Under the pieces are notes generated by a model that worked only from the letters and a program-made list of their open reading frames with translations, was not told the origin of the DNA and did no database searches. A DNA stretch of 64,000 nucleotides. It comes from a virus. The stretch covers positions 32,001-96,000 of IMG/VR virus record IMGVR_UViG_3300023179_000037; one strand, given 5' to 3'. The position numbers and the translations under genes are program-made. Positions 56,993-64,000 of the stretch are shown here, piece after piece; the stretch's first letter is position 1; every line of letters starts with the position of its first letter.

Positions 56993-58012
56993 ATGTTATA
57001 CATTGATCTTAAATATCTAAAGCTGATTCAAAATCGGCTACCGTTGTTTAAACAAAAGAGTGACCACGTTTATACATGTAGATGTATTATCTGTGGTGAT
57101 TCAAGAAAAAAGGCAAATAAAACAAGAGGACATTTTTATATTATCAAAAATAGTGTTTTGTATAAATGTTTTAATTGTGATGCCAGTATGCAGTTCGGTA
57201 CATTTCTTAAAAATTTAGATAAAATTTTATATGACCAATATGTATTAGAAAGATATAGTGCCGGTTTGCCTTTTAATAAACCTCACCAAGATGCTTCAGA
57301 TGTTTTTAAAACCAAACCATTAAAAATAGAAAATACATCTATCGCGTTTCTCGATAATACGTTGAATCGATTAGATAAATTATCAGATGAGCACGAGGCA
57401 GTACAATTTTGTATTAAAAGAAAAATACCTAAAAGCTCTTTCAAGCGATTATATTTTGTAAATGACATACGAAAAATAGAACAACTATCAGACAAGTATA
57501 AAGATAAATTAAAAACATCTGAGCCTAGATTGGTTATTCCTTTTATTGATAAAACTGGGCAATTAATAGGTGTTACATGCAGAGCTTTAAGGGGTGAGGA
57601 ATTAAGATACATTACAATCAAAGTACAAGAAGATGTTCCTTTTATTTTTGGTATGGATATTATCGATACTAATAAAAAAGTATTTGCAGTTGAAGGTCCG
57701 CTTGATTCATTGTTCATAAAAAATGCTATTGCTGTAGGTGGAACTACATTTAATAAACTTGAATCTATAGGTATTTCGAAAGAAAATTTAGTTATCGTTT
57801 TTGATAATCAACCTAGAAATAAAGAAGTGGTGAAATTAGTAAATAAAGCAATTGAAAACAATTTTAATGTTGTAATTTGGCCTCAAAATTTAATAGAAAA
57901 AGATATAAATGATATGGTAATTGCCGGAAAAAATATAGAAAAGATTTTAAATGCAAATATTTTTAATGGTTTAGAAGCAAAAATGAATTTTACAGTATGG
58001 AAGAGAGTATGA
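56993..58012 (+). CDS. 61: DNA primase gp61
   Basis: Zn finger CIICGDS..KCFNC; TOPRIM VEGPLDSLF, FDNQPRN, KDIND. Confidence 0.95.
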   Translation: MLYIDLKYLKLIQNRLPLFKQKSDHVYTCRCIICGDSRKKANKTRGHFYIIKNSVLYKCFNCDASMQFGTFLKNLDKILYDQYVLERYSAGLPFNKPHQDASDVFKTKPLKIENTSIAFLDNTLNRLDKLSDEHEAVQFCIKRKIPKSSFKRLYFVNDIRKIEQLSDKYKDKLKTSEPRLVIPFIDKTGQLIGVTCRALRGEELRYITIKVQEDVPFIFGMDIIDTNKKVFAVEGPLDSLFIKNAIAVGGTTFNKLESIGISKENLVIVFDNQPRNKEVVKLVNKAIENNFNVVIWPQNLIEKDINDMVIAGKNIEKILNANIFNGLEAKMNFTVWKRV

Positions 58013-58710
58013 AAGTAAAATTAATTAGTTATTCGCAGCATGCGTTTGATCCTGCTTTAGGAGATAAAATTGAATCAGATATTTTTAATCAACAAGATCT
58101 TATTGCCTACTGCGCCAGAGTCTCGAACCCAACGAATCAATCCAACACAGAAACCTCGGACCGATTACTTCGATACCTTATTAAACACAAACACTGGTCA
58201 CCCTTCGAAATGGTCAGTGCCTGTCTCGAAATCACCACTACCCGTGACATTGCAAGACAAATCCTCAGACACCGAAGTTTTAGTTTTCAAGAGTTCAGCC
58301 AGCGATATGCTGATCCAGTTAAAGAACTCAATTTTGTTCTTAGAGACGCAAGGCTACAAGACCCCAATAATAGACAAAACTCGATTGAACTTGATTTTAG
58401 ACAGCAAGAGCACAGAGAAATTTCAGAATGGTGGATAACTTCACAGCATGAGCTTCTGAAGAAAACAAAGGAAATATATACTACAGCCGTCAGATTAGGT
58501 ATAGCAAAAGAACAAGCAAGAGCAGTATTGCCCGAAGGCTTAACGGAGTCAAAAATGTATGTTAATGGAACCTTGAGGTCTTGGATTCATTACTGTGAAT
58601 TGAGATCAGATAATGGAACACAATTAGAACACAGGGAAATTGCAAAGGCTTGCGCGCAAGTTATTTCCAAAATATTCCCATTGATGAATAACTTTGTAGG
58701 AACAACATGA
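58009..58710 (+). CDS. thyX: Flavin-dependent thymidylate synthase
   Basis: HWSPFE, RHRSFSFQEFSQRY, KEQARAVLP, TQLEH. Confidence 0.95.
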   Translation: MKVKLISYSQHAFDPALGDKIESDIFNQQDLIAYCARVSNPTNQSNTETSDRLLRYLIKHKHWSPFEMVSACLEITTTRDIARQILRHRSFSFQEFSQRYADPVKELNFVLRDARLQDPNNRQNSIELDFRQQEHREISEWWITSQHELLKKTKEIYTTAVRLGIAKEQARAVLPEGLTESKMYVNGTLRSWIHYCELRSDNGTQLEHREIAKACAQVISKIFPLMNNFVGTT

Positions 58711-59087
58711 ATACTAAAATAGATGTCGCTGCTTTTATGTTTGCAGGAAATCATAACGTAGAAACAACTAATCCTGGTTTTTATCCTGGTAGAATCGACC
58801 AAATAAATCTCTATGCAAATTTGATTAAAGAAGAATACGAAGAATTAACTGCAGCACTTGCCAAAAAAGATATTGTTGAAACAGCTGATGCTTGTATTGA
58901 TTTGATCTGGGTTATTGAAGGACTAATGTACAGTGCCGGCATTGATCCCCAAACGGTATGGGATGAAATAGCTAAATCAAATCATAGCAAAACTGTAGAT
59001 GGCAAATTAATGAAAAGAGAAGATGGTAAGATACTAAAGCCAGAGACTTTTCGACCACCCAATATTCAAAGAGCACTGGGGCTATAA
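58707..59087 (+). CDS. MazG-like / PRA-PH nucleotide pyrophosphohydrolase
   Basis: EEYEEL..ETADACID, SN.SK..KREDGKILKP. Confidence 0.85.
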   Translation: MNTKIDVAAFMFAGNHNVETTNPGFYPGRIDQINLYANLIKEEYEELTAALAKKDIVETADACIDLIWVIEGLMYSAGIDPQTVWDEIAKSNHSKTVDGKLMKREDGKILKPETFRPPNIQRALGL

Positions 59088-59618
59088 ATGACACTATTCA
59101 CTTTTCTAATTGAATTCATACCAGATTTAGTATGGGTTCTTCTTTTCTTTGTAGGTGTAACTATGATGATCGCTGGGCAATTTCTGCGCGGCGTACCAAT
59201 TATCATGCAATACAGACTGCCTTTGATGTTTATAGGTTTCTTTATTTTAATGATAAGTGTATGGTCACTTGGGGCTCTTGCCAATGAATCTAAATGGCAA
59301 GATCGTCTAAAAGAAGTTGAAGAACAAGTGAAAACCCAGGAAACAAGAGCAGAAGAAATAAATAAACAGCTTGAAAAAGAAATCGCTGATAAAAAAGAAT
59401 TAGCTGAAAAGAAAAATAAAGTAATCACAAATGAAATAGTTAAGTGGCAGACAAAGGAAGTTCTAAAAGAAGTTACAGTGCAAGGACCCGAAAGAGTAAA
59501 AATTGAAAAAGTTATTGAATATATTGAAAACTGTCCAGTGCCTAAAGAAATGTTAGATATACACAATAAAGCTGCAGTACCTATAATTGAAAAGAATAAA
59601 GAAGGGGAAAAGAAATGA
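59088..59618 (+). CDS. Putative inner-membrane spanin (Rz-like)
   Basis: N-terminal TMs, coiled coil, C-terminal CPVP..HNKAA; followed by a lipoprotein gene. Confidence 0.6.
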   Translation: MTLFTFLIEFIPDLVWVLLFFVGVTMMIAGQFLRGVPIIMQYRLPLMFIGFFILMISVWSLGALANESKWQDRLKEVEEQVKTQETRAEEINKQLEKEIADKKELAEKKNKVITNEIVKWQTKEVLKEVTVQGPERVKIEKVIEYIENCPVPKEMLDIHNKAAVPIIEKNKEGEKK

Positions 59619-59899
59619 AACTAATTTTAGCTTTTCTTCTTGCAATTACCATATCTGGTTGTACCATGGTAGAAAGATTTATGCCAGCCAAGCCGAAATG
59701 GCCCTCTGTTCAAAAAGAATTAACTGACCCATGCCCAGATTTAAAAACTATAGAAGGTGATCAAGTAGCAATCACTGAACTACTGAAGGCGGTTGTCAAC
59801 AATTACACGTTATATTATGAATGCTCTTTGAAGAATGATGGTTGGAATAAATGGTACAAGGAGCAAAAAAATAACTACGAGAAGGGCGGTAAAAAATGA
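59615..59899 (+). CDS. Putative outer-membrane spanin lipoprotein (Rz1-like)
   Basis: Lipobox ISGC; Pro-rich; PCPDL..NY..Y.EC. Confidence 0.65.
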   Translation: MKLILAFLLAITISGCTMVERFMPAKPKWPSVQKELTDPCPDLKTIEGDQVAITELLKAVVNNYTLYYECSLKNDGWNKWYKEQKNNYEKGGKK

Positions 59900-60795
59900 A
59901 AAAATTATTACTTATAGTACCATTAATTATGCTAGCAGGTTGTGCCTCATCTGGTCCTAGCAATTACCAACTTTATGCCGAAACACAAGCAAAAATAGCT
60001 CAAGCTCATGCTGTAGCCGAAACTGCAAGATTCAATGCATTGGCTGAAATTGCAAAGAACGGTGATGCTGCAAGTAAAGTAGCAGCAGTTTTAAGTATTC
60101 AAATGAGTGGTGGATCAAATCAGCAAAGGCAGAATCAACAAGTTGCACCTCCCGAAACATTTGCTGATACAGCATTGAAATGGACAAGTGTTTTATTGCC
60201 GAACTTTACACAGTTTTATAGTATAAATCGTAATAGCGCTGTTGCTATGCGTCAAAGTGATAATCAAGCTGCTATAGCAGTCAGTACAAATCAAGCATTT
60301 ACGGGTATTGCAACAGCAGGTCATAATGCAAATAGTAACATAGCAGCAAGCGGGTTTAATGCAATAAATCAATCTAACACAGCGGGATTTAATGCTTTGA
60401 ACACACAAAGTACCAACGCATTTAATGCTTTGAACACACAAAGTACCAACGCATTTAATGCTTTAAATACGCAAAACACTTCCGCATTTAATAGCTTACA
60501 AAGTGTTGGAATAGCAGGTTTCAATGCGCTAAAAGATACTGCAAGCAAGATTCAAGCACCAACACCCAACATTACAGTGCAAGGCAATTATAATATTGGT
60601 GAAAATAGTGGCAATACGGGAAAGATTGCAGGTGGTGCAATAACTGATAGCACTTCAACACCAACGGTAGTAACTCAGCCTGCACCGACAATTGTAAACC
60701 CAGTTGTTGTGACTCAACCGGCTCCTGTTATAGTTGAAAAAACGGTAACAACCACAACCAATAATACAACGCAATCTAGCGGAACTGGTAAATAA
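59896..60795 (+). CDS. Lipoprotein with 11-aa repeats
   Basis: Lipobox LAGC; FNALNTQSTNA repeats; TQPAP repeats. Confidence 0.75.
   Translation: MKKLLLIVPLIMLAGCASSGPSNYQLYAETQAKIAQAHAVAETARFNALAEIAKNGDAASKVAAVLSIQMSGGSNQQRQNQQVAPPETFADTALKWTSVLLPNFTQFYSINRNSAVAMRQSDNQAAIAVSTNQAFTGIATAGHNANSNIAASGFNAINQSNTAGFNALNTQSTNAFNALNTQSTNAFNALNTQNTSAFNSLQSVGIAGFNALKDTASKIQAPTPNITVQGNYNIGENSGNTGKIAGGAITDSTSTPTVVTQPAPTIVNPVVVTQPAPVIVEKTVTTTTNNTTQSSGTGK
60388..60486 (+). repeat. 33-nt coding tandem repeat x3 (two exact)
   Basis: tttaatgctttgaacacacaaagtaccaacgca at 60388 and 60421, degenerate third copy. Confidence 0.9.
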
Positions 60796-60819
60796 AGAAA
60801 ATTTCTTTATATCTAAAAT

Positions 60820-61365
60820 ATGAAAATCAATTTGCCATATTACAACACTAGTTACAGTGTTGTAGATAATATCTTTACCTATAATGAAGCAGATAAAATT
60901 TTCTATTGCTGCTTTAATAGTTTTTATACTTTAACAAGAAAATCTGCAGCATATGATGTAAATAGTGTACCACAACTTGAATGTCATGTAACAGAAAAAG
61001 AATTTACTGCATTGCCTTTTATGCATAATAAAAAATTTTTAGATACTGTTGCAATACATGGAACAGATTTAAATATAACAAGAGCTAGAATTATTTGTAA
61101 TAATGCATTAGAGGTATGTAAGCTACATGTGGATGGATACGAAAACAACGATAAAACTATTTTATATTATGCAAATAAAAACTGGGATCATGAATATGGA
61201 GGAGACACAATATTTGCAAATGATGCAGGTGAGACTATAGCGACGATAAATTACAAACCCAATCGATTAGTAATTTTTGATGCTAAAATTCCACACAGAT
61301 CAACTGCAGTATCGCCTGCCGCGAATCAATGGCGATTCACTATAGTAATAAATTTAAGTAAATAA
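60820..61365 (+). CDS. 2OG-Fe(II) oxygenase
   Basis: HVD, TILYYAN..W...GGDT, PNRLVIFD..IPH, R. Confidence 0.85.
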   Translation: MKINLPYYNTSYSVVDNIFTYNEADKIFYCCFNSFYTLTRKSAAYDVNSVPQLECHVTEKEFTALPFMHNKKFLDTVAIHGTDLNITRARIICNNALEVCKLHVDGYENNDKTILYYANKNWDHEYGGDTIFANDAGETIATINYKPNRLVIFDAKIPHRSTAVSPAANQWRFTIVINLSK

Positions 61366-61381
61366 TAATAAGGTAATTTTA

Positions 61382-63175
61382 ATGACGGATATCGCTCACG
61401 GCATAACAATAGACTATTCTCGGGATAATTTGTTTGACGAATTAGGAATAAAAAGATTAAAAGAAAGTTATATGAAAGATGAGGAGAAAAGCCCTCAAGA
61501 AAGATTTGCTTTTGTGTCTAGAACTTTTGGCAGCAATCCAGAGCATGCACAACGATTGTATGACTATTCGAGCAAACATTGGCTTTCATACAGTACCCCG
61601 ATTCTGTCATTTGGAAGAAGCAAACGAGGATTGCCTATCAGTTGCTTTTTGACGTTTCTTCAAGATTCCGCGGAAGGATTAGTTAATACTCTTTCGGAAG
61701 TGAATTGGTTGTCGATGTTAGGGGGTGGAATTGGAATCGGTATTGGAATTCGTAGCGCTGATGATAAGTCTGTTGGCGTTATGCCTCATCTTAAAACATA
61801 TGATGCATCATCTCTTGCATATAGACAGGGTAGGACTCGGCGTGGCAGCTATGCTGCATATCTGGACATTAGTCATCCTGATGTACTTTTATTTCTGGAT
61901 ATGCGTAAACCAACCGGCGATCCTAATATGCGCGCTCCTAATCTTCATCACGGCATCAATATTAGTGATGATTTTATGCGTATCATTGAAAAATGCATGA
62001 TTGATTCCACCGCAGATGATACATTTGAATTAAGAGATCCTCACAATGGTTCTGTGCGAGAAAAAGTATCAGCAAGGGAATTGTGGCAACGTATTTTAGA
62101 ATTAAGAATGCAAACAGGTGAGCCGTATTTACATTTTATTTCAACGAGCAACAAACATCTTCCTGAATTTCAGAAAAAGCTTGGATTAACAATTCGCCAA
62201 AGCAATTTGTGCAGTGAAATCGTTTTACCAACAGATAAAGACAGAACTGCTGTATGTTGCTTGTCCTCAGTAAATCTGGAGTATTATGATGATTGGAAAA
62301 ACGATAAACTTTTTCTTCGGGACATTGCAGAGATGCTTGACAATGTTCTTTCTTACTTTATTGAAAATGCACCCGACACGGTATCTAGAGCCAAATATTC
62401 TGCAGTAAGAGAGCGTAGTATTGGTATTGGTGCCCTCGGTTTTCATGCCTATCTTCAGAAATGTGGATTGCCCTTTGAGTCTGCTCTCGCAGTCAGCAAA
62501 AATAAACAGATATTCAAACACATTCGTGAAGAATTAGATCTTGCAAACATCAAACTGGGAAAGGAAAGAGGTGAGGCTCCGGATGCAATTGGCACTGGAC
62601 AAAGATTCAGTCATATGCTTGCCATAGCTCCTAATGCAAGCTCAAGTATAATCATGGGTAATACAAGTCCTTCCATTGAGCCATATCGCGCTAATGCTTA
62701 TCGACAAGATACTTTATCTGGAGCTTTTCTAAATAAAAATAAATGGTTAGATATTATCATTAAGGAAAAGTGCTCTGCAGATTCTAAGTTGGATTATAAT
62801 GAAATTTGGTCAAGCATTATTGCAAACGATGGTTCAGTTCAACATCTTATATGGATGGATGATTGGACAAAAGACGTATTTAAAACCTCTATGGAAATTG
62901 ATCAAAGATGGATTATACAGCATGCCGCTGATCGCCAGCCATATATTGACCAAGCACAAAGTCTTAATCTCTTTTTCCGACCAGACTCAAACATTAAATA
63001 CATCCATGCAGTTCATTTCATGGCTTGGAAAAATGGATTGAAAACACTTTACTATTGTCGTTCAGAAAAGATCACGAAAGCAGATAAAGTCTCTCGTAAA
63101 ATAGAAAGACAAGTAATTGAGGAATTAGATATGAAAGCATTGGTTGAAGGAGATGAATGTCTAGCATGTCAATAA
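61382..63175 (+). CDS. nrdA: Ribonucleotide reductase class I alpha subunit (short, no evident ATP cone)
   Basis: PISCF, QSNLCSEI, VCCLSS, IAPNASSS, DQAQSLN, KTLYY, C-terminal CLAC. Confidence 0.95.
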   Translation: MTDIAHGITIDYSRDNLFDELGIKRLKESYMKDEEKSPQERFAFVSRTFGSNPEHAQRLYDYSSKHWLSYSTPILSFGRSKRGLPISCFLTFLQDSAEGLVNTLSEVNWLSMLGGGIGIGIGIRSADDKSVGVMPHLKTYDASSLAYRQGRTRRGSYAAYLDISHPDVLLFLDMRKPTGDPNMRAPNLHHGINISDDFMRIIEKCMIDSTADDTFELRDPHNGSVREKVSARELWQRILELRMQTGEPYLHFISTSNKHLPEFQKKLGLTIRQSNLCSEIVLPTDKDRTAVCCLSSVNLEYYDDWKNDKLFLRDIAEMLDNVLSYFIENAPDTVSRAKYSAVRERSIGIGALGFHAYLQKCGLPFESALAVSKNKQIFKHIREELDLANIKLGKERGEAPDAIGTGQRFSHMLAIAPNASSSIIMGNTSPSIEPYRANAYRQDTLSGAFLNKNKWLDIIIKEKCSADSKLDYNEIWSSIIANDGSVQHLIWMDDWTKDVFKTSMEIDQRWIIQHAADRQPYIDQAQSLNLFFRPDSNIKYIHAVHFMAWKNGLKTLYYCRSEKITKADKVSRKIERQVIEELDMKALVEGDECLACQ

Positions 63176-63205
63176 GTAAAATACTAGTATAAAACGAGGC
63201 AAATA

Positions 63206-64000
63206 ATGATTAAAAAAATAAAAACAAAGTTAACCGATGAAAGACAATATTTTAAACCCTTTAACTATCCTTTTTGCTATGAAGCTTGGCTTAAACACGA
63301 ACAATCGCACTGGCTTCACCTTGAAGTTCCAATGCTCGAAGATGTAAAGGATTGGAAAAATAAATTAACTGAAGATGAAAAGAAATTTCTAACACATATT
63401 TTTAGATTTTTCACACAAGGCGACATTGATGTTGCAGGAGGATATGTAAAAAATTATCTTCCCTACTTTCCTCAACCCGAAGTGAGAATGATGTTATGTG
63501 GTTTTGCTGCACGAGAAGCTTTGCATATTGCAGCATACTCCCATTTAATCGAATCGCTTGGCATGCCGGACACCACCTACAATGAATTTCTTGAATATGC
63601 GGAAATGCGAGAGAAACATGATTACATTCTAGATATCAGCTCAAAAAATAGTACTAAGCAATCTACAGCCGAACACATTGCTGCATTTAGCGCATTCACT
63701 GAGGGAATGCAACTTTTTAGTAGTTTTATTATGCTTCTTAATTTTCCTCGTCATGGTGTTATGAAGGGCATGGGGCAAATTATTACATGGTCAATTGCTG
63801 ATGAAACACTGCATTCTGAGTCTATGATTAAACTATTTAGAACATATATAGAAGAAAATAGAGAAATCTGGAATGATGAACTTAAAGGAAAAATTTACAC
63901 AATTGCTACCAAAATGGTGGAGCTTGAAGATAAGTTTATTGATTTGGCATTCGGCATGGTACGCGTGGCTAATCTGGACGCTGGTGACGTTAAACGTTAT
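63206..64000 (+). CDS. nrdB: Ribonucleotide reductase beta subunit, partial (runs off window end)
   Basis: FKPFNYP..HW..EVPM.EDVKDW, FFTQGD, REALHIAAY, EGMQLFSSF, DETLH. Confidence 0.93.
   Translation, partial: MIKKIKTKLTDERQYFKPFNYPFCYEAWLKHEQSHWLHLEVPMLEDVKDWKNKLTEDEKKFLTHIFRFFTQGDIDVAGGYVKNYLPYFPQPEVRMMLCGFAAREALHIAAYSHLIESLGMPDTTYNEFLEYAEMREKHDYILDISSKNSTKQSTAEHIAAFSAFTEGMQLFSSFIMLLNFPRHGVMKGMGQIITWSIADETLHSESMIKLFRTYIEENREIWNDELKGKIYTIATKMVELEDKFIDLAFGMVRVANLDAGDVKRY

Noticed and set aside
60388-60486. 33-nt repeats as a CRISPR array
   Set aside because: Head-to-tail with no spacers, in frame within a lipoprotein, and no cas genes.

Overview
This is an AT-rich segment of a large T4-like myophage genome in the standard genetic code. 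The host is probably Gram-negative, possibly betaproteobacterial (inference from spanins, lipoproteins and a MARIT-type rpoZ). In order, the window contains: a minus-strand operon of secreted and membrane proteins (1-5426); a replication block (DNA polymerase gp43, UvsX, gp40, helicase gp41); early genes, tRNAs and auxiliary genes (2OG-Fe(II) oxygenases, HldD-like epimerase, rpoZ, HNH); a cluster of putative internal head proteins; about 27 kb of repeat-rich tail-fibre and structural genes with glycosyl- and methyltransferases; then primase, ThyX, a MazG-like protein, spanins, NrdA and partial NrdB. The strongest signal is in the polymerase. It is split into 43A and 43B by a collapsed homing-endonuclease remnant, and 43B is interrupted inside motif B by a 10-nt insert (GGT-TAACTAA-GGT). 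The insert has matched Gly take-off and landing codons, an immediate stop, and a hairpin at codon 44, which is the architecture of the T4 39-mobA-60 ribosomal-bypass cassette but in a DNA polymerase. The helicase is fractured by an atypically split intein with a 14-aa N-fragment. Two structurally unusual tRNA-like genes are also present. All calls come from manual reading; no searches were run.
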